DNA of 63,935 nucleotides, filler included, from Myxococcota bacterium (GTDB taxonomy: Bacteria > Myxococcota_C > UBA6777), in NCBI GenBank assembly GCA_023150835.1. It is 3 parts of 3 records of this genome, joined end to end, with 100 filler letters (N's around TTAATTAATTAA, not from the genome) between each part and the next. Parts side by side here need not be neighbours in the genome. Positions count along the whole stretch, not along the records: positions 25,473 to 50,785 come from JAKLKB010000102.1; 2 more parts are not named here. One strand, written 5' to 3'. The notes under the pieces were generated by a model. That model saw only the letters and a list, made by a program, of their open reading frames with translations, was not told the origin of the DNA and did not search any database. Positions 28,059 to 38,000 of this stretch are shown here, piece by piece (within the stretch, counting starts at the first letter, position 1; each line of letters starts with the position of its first letter). Position numbers and translations under genes: made by a program.

Positions 28059-30668
28059 CTACTCGACCCAAGGGCCAAGGAGTGTGTGCGCCCATGCGGT
28101 GAGTTTTTCGTGGAAGATCTTGGAGTTGTGTCGAACATCGACGGGGAAAGAGCGGTGGGGCAAGAAATGCACGATGGGTTGGGTGATATCGTAAGATTGC
28201 GCGAGGGTGCGGAGTTCGGATTCAAGGGCTTTCCAGCGTTCGTCTTGGGTGTCTTTGGGATCGAGGGGTTCGATGCAGATCGCGGGAGTCTGGTTTGGGC
28301 GCGCTCCGAGTCCCACCAAAGCCGCACGATGCACCTTGGGATGGGTTTGAAAGATCGATTCGCAAGGAACGGTGAACATTGGGCCTTTGGCGGTTTCGAG
28401 GCGTTGTGACTTGCGCCCACAGAACCACACGCGCCCTTGTTCATCAAGCCACCCAAGATCGCCCATGCGATGCCATATCTCCGAACCTTCGTGGATCTTT
28501 GCCAGCGCGGTCCCTTTTTCGTTGTGCAAGTAAGCGTGTGTCACCATCGGGCCTTTGACGGCGATCTCCCCGATCTGCCCTGTCGGTAGGACAAGATCGT
28601 CTGACCACTTGGGGATGGCTTCGTCGCGTATCGCGATGATCCGCAGCGTGACATCCACACAAGGATGCCCCACGCAAACGCCCTTGCCTTGGTCGGTGGC
28701 GAAGCGCGTTTCTTGGAGCGTGGTTTGACTGCCGAGGGTACAAAGCGGCATGGCTTCGGTGGCTCCGTAGCCCGGGAAGATCTCGACACCTTCGGCAAGC
28801 ATGGGTTGTAACGCAACCAACAAGCTCGGAGGCATCGGTGCTCCCGCAGAGATCACACGTCGAAGACTCGGAAGCTGGGTGGGCTGGGATCGTGCATAAC
28901 GCGCCAAGACACGCAACAGCGCGGGAGATCCGAAGAGATTGGTGATCGATTGTTCTTGGATGGCTTGGATGATCTTGCGCGCATCGGCCTTGGCAGGGCG
29001 TGAAGCATCCATCTCTGGGATGTATGCGCTCATCCCAAGGGCAGGCGCAAACAACGCAAACAGCGGAAAGGTGCAAAGATCCCGTTCGCTCGGCTGGATG
29101 TGATAGGTCTCGCGGATGGTTTTGATCTGCGCTTGGAAGTGACGGTGCGTATACACGGCCCCTTTGGGGATGCCCGTGCTTCCGCTGGTAAAAAGGATCG
29201 CTGCTGTTTCAAACGGTGCAGGAGCGTGAAGCATCGGCCCACCGCCCTGCCCTGCCAACATCACTTCGTCCAACGTGTCGCCCACACGACCCACACGACG
29301 GCCCACATACACAAAGTGATGGATTGTTTCTTTGGCCCATCCAAGCGCGATCCGCGCAGCATGGGCCTTTGGGATACCGATAAACCCCTCTGGACGGGCA
29401 TCGCCCAAACACGCTTTGAGCGATCGCAGACCCATGCCCGGGTCCACCACCACAGGCACCAAACCTGCCTTAAACATCGCAAAGACCAGTGAGAAAAATT
29501 CGAGGCTGGGCGGCACCATCAACACCGTCCGCATCCCGGGCTGAAACCCCAAACGCCGAAGCCCTCGGGCTTGTTGATCGCTGATCGCGTCCAGTTCTGC
29601 ATAAGACCAACGCGCATAACGGATCGAACCACCCGCCTCACGGCCTTGAGGCATCGCCACCGCCAAGAGGTCGGGATGTTCTTTGGCGATCTGCACCAAC
29701 GCAGCGGCGATATTGCGATGATCGTGCAAGGAGTTTTCTTGGGGAGGTCGGGTTGTACTTTGTGCGGTCTTTGGTTTGGACGTATTGTGTAGGCAAAACG
29801 ACTGGATCGCAGCGCAGATGGCGTCGGGTTCGTCTTCGAGGACGTAATGTCCCGCATCAGGAAAGCGCAAGATCTCGGCGTGTGGGGCTTTTTCGCGCCA
29901 TGCACTCAAGAACACATCATCGAAGATAAAGTCCCGCGATCCCCAACAGATCAGCAACGGAAGATGCGCCAGACGAGGCAAGGTGTCTTCGACCTGTTTG
30001 ACGATGGGATAGGCAGGATCGATCGGATACAGCGGGATATCTTGGACAAAGCGCAAGATCCCCCGTCGCTCGCCCCACGAACCATACGGCCCAAGGTACA
30101 TCGCCGCAACTTCCGCAGGCATCGGTTGTTTCGCGACGCAGCGCGCCACCGCTCCCCGCGCAAAGGCATTAAGACCGCGCACCAACAACGCCCCAAGAGG
30201 CGTCCGTGTCAGCCGAAGCTCCCATGGAAAGGGCTTCATCGCAGGCAACAAAAAGGCGGAGGTATTCATCAAAGCAATGCGCTTGATCCGCGAAGGATCG
30301 CACACAACATACCCCATCCCGATCATGCCGCCCCAATCATGCGCGATCAACGTGATCTCTTTGGTCACGCCAAGATGCCCAAGCAAGGCTTCGAGATCGT
30401 CGATGCGCTGTTCGAGCGTGTGGCGATAACGCCGATCATCAGGCTTTTCCGAAAGTCCACATCCGATATGATCGGGGACGATCACCCGATACGCCCCTCG
30501 CATCGCTTGAACCAAGGTACGAAAATAAAAAGACCAACTCGGGTTTCCATGCACCATCACAACAGGCGGGCCGTCACCTTCGTCGAGATAGTGCATCCGC
30601 ACGCCGCTTGGAAGAGTGAAAAAATGGCTTTCAAAAGGATAAAGACCGCGATCCACAACAAATGTCAT
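28059..30668 (-). CDS. oleBC: OleBC fusion: beta-lactone decarboxylase (alpha/beta hydrolase) + beta-lactone synthetase (AMP-binding)
   Basis: N-terminal HGNPSW and HDWGG (haloalkane dehalogenase-like OleB); C-terminal FTSGSTGIPKG, YGATEAMP, WHRMGD, VDVRHNSKI; ATGA-coupled to oleA. Confidence 0.9.
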   Translation of the reverse strand: MTFVVDRGLYPFESHFFTLPSGVRMHYLDEGDGPPVVMVHGNPSWSFYFRTLVQAMRGAYRVIVPDHIGCGLSEKPDDRRYRHTLEQRIDDLEALLGHLGVTKEITLIAHDWGGMIGMGYVVCDPSRIKRIALMNTSAFLLPAMKPFPWELRLTRTPLGALLVRGLNAFARGAVARCVAKQPMPAEVAAMYLGPYGSWGERRGILRFVQDIPLYPIDPAYPIVKQVEDTLPRLAHLPLLICWGSRDFIFDDVFLSAWREKAPHAEILRFPDAGHYVLEDEPDAICAAIQSFCLHNTSKPKTAQSTTRPPQENSLHDHRNIAAALVQIAKEHPDLLAVAMPQGREAGGSIRYARWSYAELDAISDQQARGLRRLGFQPGMRTVLMVPPSLEFFSLVFAMFKAGLVPVVVDPGMGLRSLKACLGDARPEGFIGIPKAHAARIALGWAKETIHHFVYVGRRVGRVGDTLDEVMLAGQGGGPMLHAPAPFETAAILFTSGSTGIPKGAVYTHRHFQAQIKTIRETYHIQPSERDLCTFPLFALFAPALGMSAYIPEMDASRPAKADARKIIQAIQEQSITNLFGSPALLRVLARYARSQPTQLPSLRRVISAGAPMPPSLLVALQPMLAEGVEIFPGYGATEAMPLCTLGSQTTLQETRFATDQGKGVCVGHPCVDVTLRIIAIRDEAIPKWSDDLVLPTGQIGEIAVKGPMVTHAYLHNEKGTALAKIHEGSEIWHRMGDLGWLDEQGRVWFCGRKSQRLETAKGPMFTVPCESIFQTHPKVHRAALVGLGARPNQTPAICIEPLDPKDTQDERWKALESELRTLAQSYDITQPIVHFLPHRSFPVDVRHNSKIFHEKLTAWAHTLLGPWVE

Positions 30669-31729
30669 GCCCACTCCCATGCTTGCATCATGCAATTCAA
30701 TCCGCTACCGATCCCCAAGAAACCAACCCGATGACCCGCTTGAAGAAAGCCCTGTTCCCACGCAATCGCCGCAGTGATCGGCAAAGCGACGCTTCCTGTA
30801 TTCCCAAGATACGGATAACTCACAAAGTCTCGCGAAGCATCGATCTGCAAAGCACGCAAGATCTCGCGCTGATGCGCTCCCCCAACTTGGTGACAGATCA
30901 CCCGATCGATCGATTCGGGCCGCCATTGGGCCTCCGCAAGAAACCGCTCCCATGTGTGCATCCCCAAGGCCACGCCATTCTTCAATACCCCCACCGCATC
31001 GGTACGAGCGTACTGCTGCAAGCCAAAAGGCGTGCCATCGCTTTCCACGCCCCATCGACACAGATCATGCAGGTGCGGCGCAGAAAGGCACGTCGCACTG
31101 TGCAGCCGAGGGCGCGCATAATGATGAAACGAACCATCCGACAAGATCAGCGCGATCGCCCCCGAACCACCCGTCAACGTCGCGAGCGACTGCATCCAAC
31201 GCTCGCGATTGTTCGGCTGTTGGCGTAGTTCCGCGATCGTCTGTTCGTTGATCTCGCGGGCCGACTCACACGACACCACCATCCCACAGCGGATCTGCCC
31301 AAGCGCGATGCGGTTGGCGATATCCAAAAGGCCGTTGAGTACGCCAAGACAAGCATTCGAGATATCGTACACCATCGCATCCTCAGAAAGGCCGATCCCT
31401 GCGGCGATCTTGCACGCTGTTGCGGGTTCGAACTGCTCCCGACAAACACCGCCATACACCAACGCCCCCAACGCTTGGGCCGGAATCCCCGATCCTTGTA
31501 GAGCCTTCCGCGCTGCACGCAACGCCCCTTCCGACAAAGCAGAGCCCTTTTCCCACCAGCGCCGCTCACGGATCCCTGCCAGTCCCTCCAACTGCCCCAT
31601 CGGAAGCCGCAGCGCCTGATACACCGACGCAAGCTGATCTTCCAACGCAGCCGAAGTGACAACCACAGGTGGAAGCTCATAACCCACAGCCTCCAAAAAA
31701 ATGGATCGCGTATAACGCATCGACACCAT
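30665..31729 (-). CDS. oleA: OleA thiolase-fold acyl-CoA condensing enzyme
   Basis: EPATA, DISNACLG, TLTGGSGA, HQVG, GNTGSVALP and GIGSGLNC motifs of OleA. Confidence 0.92.
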   Translation of the reverse strand: MVSMRYTRSIFLEAVGYELPPVVVTSAALEDQLASVYQALRLPMGQLEGLAGIRERRWWEKGSALSEGALRAARKALQGSGIPAQALGALVYGGVCREQFEPATACKIAAGIGLSEDAMVYDISNACLGVLNGLLDIANRIALGQIRCGMVVSCESAREINEQTIAELRQQPNNRERWMQSLATLTGGSGAIALILSDGSFHHYARPRLHSATCLSAPHLHDLCRWGVESDGTPFGLQQYARTDAVGVLKNGVALGMHTWERFLAEAQWRPESIDRVICHQVGGAHQREILRALQIDASRDFVSYPYLGNTGSVALPITAAIAWEQGFLQAGHRVGFLGIGSGLNCMMQAWEWA

Positions 31730-31741
31730 CCCTTCTCTCTA

Positions 31742-31903
31742 TAGGAGTTACGCAGTTGCCAAAAAAACCCGTGTTCGCAGTGTTTCAAGCGACAGAGTCG
31801 TTGTGTTGAAAAGCCTGCGATCTCTTCGCCAACACGGGGTCAAGGGGGCCGAGACCCCTTGCGGGGTGTGGGGTGGAACCCCACAAAACCGAACCAACTG
31901 CGT
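31742..31903 (+). mobile_element. Repeat family B (MITE-like, TTACGCA ends), copy 1
   Basis: TAGGAGTTACGCAGTTG...CCCGTGTTCG...GGGGTCAAGGGG...GGGGTGTGGGGTGGAACCCCAC...CAACTGCGT; homologous to 50610-50777. Confidence 0.85.
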
Positions 31904-31905
31904 CA

Positions 31906-31991
31906 TACGATACCTGAGAGCAGTCCTGCGATTGGGCAGCCACAGGGGGCTGCCCCTACTTATGCGGCACACCAAACAGGCAGATTTCGTA
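31906..31991 (-). mobile_element. Repeat family A, copy 6 (short, inverted)
   Basis: Minus strand TACGAAATCTG...GTAGGGGCAGCCCCCTGTGGCTGCCC...GGTATCGTA. Confidence 0.8.
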
Positions 31992-32021
31992 TAACCCAAT
32001 CATCTTTTTGAACAGTTTACG

Positions 32022-35000
32022 CTACTTTTTCGCCATCCAAGCCAACGCAAAGTCCTTGATCTCGTAGATGGCGCGGCCATCCACATGCAACAAGCCATCT
32101 GCGCGCAATCGCTTGTTCGGTACGTCGACGTCGGTGATACGGGCCTCGACACGCACACGCTCACACGTCGGGATCACTTGGCCTCGATAGCTCCAACGGT
32201 GCGTCGTTTGCGGGGGCATCGCCACCATCGCTCCATCCGATCCGCCAAAACGCCGCATCGCTTCGACTTTCATCAACTGCAACATCGCTTCCAAGCCCAA
32301 AGATCCCGGCCACACAGGGTCTTGGTAAAAATGCGCTTGAAAGAACCAATCTGCCGGATTCACACGCTTGATCCCGCACAACAACGGCTTGCCTTGTGGA
32401 TCCGCATCGGGCGGATACAACCACACCTCGTCAAGCATCCGCAGCATCTCCGAGGGAAACGGGGCTTGGCGTGGAAAAGGCCGCTGTTCGGCGCGGATAT
32501 CGTAGGCTGGGTCGATCAGCGGCTTGGTTCCGCGCATCCCCACTTGTTGCGCCAAAGCTGCTTGCGAAAAGAAGCCAAAGTACGTTTTTCCCGTATAGAC
32601 GGGGCCGTTGCGATCTTCGACAGACATCGCGTAATGCTGGATGATCATCCCGCCCGAATGAGAAACTTGCGTACATTGCACTTCCATCCGCAAAGTCCCT
32701 GTTTGCGGCGTCACCAGCCGATGCACCGTCGCCTCTCCACCAAGGTTTCGGAAGTGCAAGGCTTCTTCGCTTGCAAACGCCGACCCCATAAACGCCGCCA
32801 TCCATCCACACGGCTGCAAGGCGATCTCCAGCAACACAGCAAACGGCATCCAAGGTTGACGCTCTGCCCCAAAGTACCAAGCATCGGGCGGGATATCATA
32901 GGCCGCGATCACCCGTGTCCCCGCCTTCATCTCAGCCAACGTCCCCTCAACACCGATCACCCGATCCATAAACAAGTACGGAGGACTCGGCAAACGCGCC
33001 AAAAATCGCTCCTGATCAAAGACCCCATAACGCGGCCCAAAACACAACGACGGCTTGCCCTTCGCATACTCAAGGATCTGCTGCGCATCGTACAGCACAG
33101 GCGTTTGGGCAAATGCGGCCCTGCTCTCAACACAAGACTCCTGCAATGGCCCGACGTCGTAGAAACCAACGTGCGGGCAATCCTCAGTTACGCAGATCTC
33201 ACAAGACTCCTGCGATGGGTCGGTTTTGTGGGGCGAGGGACCGCCCCCCGCGAGAAGGCTTCGCCCTTTTGACCCCGTATCGGCGAACAGATCATCGTCT
33301 TTCAAAACAACGACGCTACCGCTTGAAACCTCACGAACACGGGGGGTTTTGTCTGCTGCGCGGCGCAAATCAAGAGAAAAAGAGCGTGCAGGTTCGCGCT
33401 GCCAAAGAGCCCACAGCGCAGGATAGCCACTGCCCGTCAATTGCAGAGACATCTCACGCACCAGCACAATGGGACGATCATCGGCATACATCAACGCATC
33501 TGCGATCGCATAAGGGGCGGGATTGTAGCCGAGTTCTTTGAGATGGATCTCATAACGAACTTTTCGAGTGCTTTGTAAAACTTGGCCTCGACAACGCAGT
33601 TGGCTTTTGACTCCCGCAACAGGCTCCCATGCCACCACGCCGTCTTCTCCGAGCCATCCGAGGCTTAGGAGATACAGCCGCATGGTGTGCAAGCAACACT
33701 CGTACATCAACGTACCCGGCATCACCATGTCATCGACAAAATGGCACGTCAAAAACCAATCGTCAGGATGGATATCCATCTCCGCCACAAGACAACCGAT
33801 CCCAAATCGCCCACCCATCGGCTCAAAAGACAACACGCGATCCAGCAGCTTCATCCGCCCATCGCGCCCCCCGGGAAGCGTCAAGGGATGGCGCAACGGC
33901 AAGCGCGCAAACGCTTCTCCCAACGCCGCACTCAGATCTCCTTGGCGCAAGGCCGCAAGCTCGGCATCTTGGGGCGGATGCGGTAAGACGTGGCTCCACA
34001 ACACCCCACGCGGATCGATCCTCCCGTCGCCCTTGCCCCACTCTTTTTCGTTGAGGACGATGCCTTTGCCTTCTTCGAGTTGACGTGCGCTAAAAAAGCC
34101 CGCGCATCCGTTTCGCATCGTTAAGACTTTTTGCCCCGCAACAGTGCTGTCAAAAGCAAAGCGGAAAAGATACGTCTCGTCGTGCTTAAAAAATCGCTCA
34201 ATGCGGATATCGTGGTGGATCACTTCACCCGCACGCGGTAAGCCCGAATGGAAGGTGATCTCCGCATCAAGCAGCCGATACATCGCCAAACCGCCCGTCT
34301 CTCGGTCGACTCCAAGATAGCCCGACAACATCAGATCCGCTTGGCCCGACTCGACCGCGATGCACGTCGGAAGCCGCCCACCATCCAAATACCACGCCTC
34401 GGGCAAGATATCATGCTCCGTCACGATCCGCCCCGAACGCAGCGAAAAAGGTTCGCCTTCGAGCGCCAACACCCGATCCACCAACATCAACGGCTCATCT
34501 GGCAAACGAACCCGCGTCGGATGCGCATCGATCGACGCAAACGCTTCTCCCCAAACCTCGCCGATCCGACCCGTCGCAAAACGCAAGCAAGCCGCTCGAT
34601 CCATCACCACAGGCTGCACAAATGTCGGACGCTGCGGTACTTCGCGTGTACTCAGACGACTCGCCACAGACGTATACGCAGCCAACGCCTCTTGTGCGTC
34701 TCGAAGATACGCAGCATGCGCTTGGATCTCTGCACTTTCCAAAGCCAGTAGCACCCCAAGCATCGGCTGCGATGCACTCAACGGGAGCGGTGAGGCCATC
34801 CTGTTCGTCCCTTCTTGATGTTGGAGGGGTTGATCCCCAAAGACAGATCCGTTGTGTTGAAAGACCTGTGCTGTCTTCGCCGATACGAGGTCCATAGAGT
34901 CGCGCTCTATGGCGGGGTCTGGGGTGGAACCCCACGAGGATGCTCGAACTGCGTAAGTCTTCTCAGAGAGAACAAACGTGGGGATCAAAGGAGCCTCAGG

Positions 35001-38000
35001 CGTCCCCACCGCCAAAGAAACCGCAAGACGCGGTGTGTGCGCAAGAACAGGCGTTTTTTCTGTAGCGGCCCAAGCATCGGAAAGATGCGGCAGGCGATGG
35101 GCGGTCAACGCAGCGCGCAAACGTGCGATGGATTCAGGGGGGGTCGAATCTTCAACACAGGCCGAACGTGCAAAAAAAGGCTCGTCGCCAAGGATCTGAC
35201 CGATCATCCGAGAACAACCATCCCCCGGCCCGATCTCGATAAACAAACGTACTCCCTCGCGGTGGGCCTGTTGGATCACAGCCGGAAAATCGATCCCGTG
35301 ACGAGCATTCGCAAGAATCGAATCGGCGGCCTGTTCCGAAGTCAGCGCAAAACTGCGCCCCCAGTTTCCGCTGTAAAAGCGCACACCTTCGGGCGGTGTC
35401 ACAGGATGCAGATGCAGCGCACGATAGGCAGAGGCAACAGGTTCGAGAACTTCGCAATGAACGGTGGTCACACCTTCGATCGGGACGAACGCGCAGCGCT
35501 GCACTCGCACCCATTCCTCGACGGCTTGGGCTTCACCGCCGATCACGCAAGCGTCAGGCGTGTTGACGATCAACAAATACACGCGAGGCGTTTCTTGTAA
35601 GGAGGCTCGCAAAGACGCAGCCGAGCGATTGACGAGGCCCATCTTCCAGCGCAGTTCTCGATGGGCAGGCCACCCCCAAAGCTCACGCGCCGCCAAGCAA
35701 GGCCCCGCAAGATCGGTCGTAAACAGCGTCGAACGCAATGATCGCAACAGCATCGCGTCACGATCTCGCCAAGCCCGCAAGGAAAACAACGCCGTCGACT
35801 CGCCCAAAGAGTAGCCGATCGCCGCATCGGGTTCGATCCCAAGCGAATGACGGAGGATATCGCTCACCATCGCCCCAAGCGTCACTTGTGCAAAGATCAA
35901 CTCCGCGCAAGTGAGCGCGTCTTGGCGCGTTTGTTGACGCCACACGCGGTCGCTAAACATCTGGGCGCGCAAGAAACCATTTTCTTTCGCTTGCTGTTCG
36001 AGGATCTCAGGCCAATACAGCGCTTCCAATCGCCCCATCTGCGGGAACTGCGCCCCTGACCCGGGGAAAACAAAGGCGATCTCTCCGCTTTTTCCGAGCG
36101 GCTGGGGCGTATAGAAGATATCTTCGCGAGGGCGGTTGGTGGTATTGCGCGATTGTTCGAGGATCGTCTGCGCACGAGCAAGCGTCTGTGTCGGCGGTGT
36201 ATCGGACGAAAACAAGGCACTCAAGGCCAACGCAGGTGGGGGCTGAGCGATATCTCGCTGTTGCCAATCTGCGATGTGTTCTTGAAGGGGCCGCTCAGGT
36301 TGGTGTTGGGTTTGTTGGGCGAAGGCATGGAGCTTTTGTGCGATCGCATGGGGCGTATCACCCGCAAACACCGCCATCGACGGAGCGCACCGTTCAGGAC
36401 GCCAAGCCACGCGAAGCTCATGGCGCGGCGACACAGGCGACTCGCGCAGCAAAAGATGAAACACCTTTCCATCCCGACTATTTGCCGCAACAAGCGCACG
36501 ACGCGGTCCAACAGCACGATCATGCACCCATGATTCGGGCTTTCGCAAAGGTTCCACAAAACGCCCCACCGCCGCCAAGGGCTCCCATCCCCGATCCGCC
36601 GAAGCCAACGCAGGCAACACCCGATGATGCAACCCCCAAACCGCCCTCGCCAAAGCCAACAAACCACTCGCAGCCCCCGCCCACCCCGTCACACTCGACG
36701 TTGCAGACAAGACCGCCTTTTGAGGCGAACGTATCGCTGCGATCTGTGCAGAGAATTCGATGGATTCAGCAAGAGCAGCTTCGCTGTCCACTTGAACAGC
36801 AGCCCTGCTATCCGCTTCAAGAGAAACCTCGCTGTCCACCCGAAGGGCAACCTTGCTATCCGCTTCAAAAGCAGCCTCGCTGTCCACCCGAAGGGCAACC
36901 TTGCTGTCCGCTTCAAAAGCAGCCTCGCTGTCCACGCGAAGAGCAGCCCCCCCCCCCGCATGACGGGCCTCGGCGGCATAGGCGCGTTCCAAGGCGCGCA
37001 GCCAAGAGGAAGCCGCCAAGAGGTCGGTGCCATCGGCGTATTCGATACACTCAACCGAAGAAAGCGATACACCCGCCTCGCGCAAAGGGGCCGCCAAGGA
37101 ACGCTCACAAGCCTCTTGATGCGCGATGCACCGTTTGTCCGACTCAAGGCGCAGATCGTCACCCCCCGCGCATCCGATCCCCTCCAACACAGCGTAGATC
37201 GTCTGTCCATCCGCGAGGGCATCCGACAAGGGCTTCAACACCAACGCAACAGCACCATCGGCAGGAAGGCTGCCTTGGTGATCTGGATCAAACGGTCGAG
37301 GCGTTGCATCCGAAGAAAAAGGACACTCGCGATGCGCAAGCAGCGAAGCGCGCAGATCGCTTGTGAGATCGACCGCAGCCACCAAGGCTTGCTTGATCTC
37401 GCCGCGTTGGATCGCACGAACCGCGATCTCCAAGGCTCGCAGCCCCGAACCTTCCTCGTTGGCGATCACAAAGCTCGGCCCACCGAGCCGATACTCCCGC
37501 GCCAATCGGCTTGCAACGATGCTTGCAAGTCCTCCCATCGTGCGGTTTGCGTTGAGCGGAGGTGTCAGCGCATCGCACAACGATGCGATCCATCGCTCAG
37601 TTTCGGCCTCCTCTTGTGGGATCTCCGCAGCCGTCTTCCATGCCTTGACGATGGCGGGCAAGACCCAACGCAGATGGTAGTCGGTGGTATGAAGATCCAA
37701 GCCCACCCCAACATAAACTCCGGTCGTCTCGGCATCTGGGACCTCGACACCCTTTTCGCGGCCCCATTGTGCATCACGCAAGGCGTCATCAGCCACTTGC
37801 AGCGTCCACAATTGTTGCGGCAAAAGCTCCGCCATCTCTCGCGGTGGGATGCGAAATCGCCCCGCAGGAAGATCCACCGTCTCGCAAAACAACCCTTGCC
37901 TCGGCAAAGGCGACGCTCCTTGCCAAGCCGTCCAAGCCTCTGTCTGCCCAATCCCCCACCAAGCCGCTTCTTTGCGAGGCAGATCCATCTGCTCTCCCAA

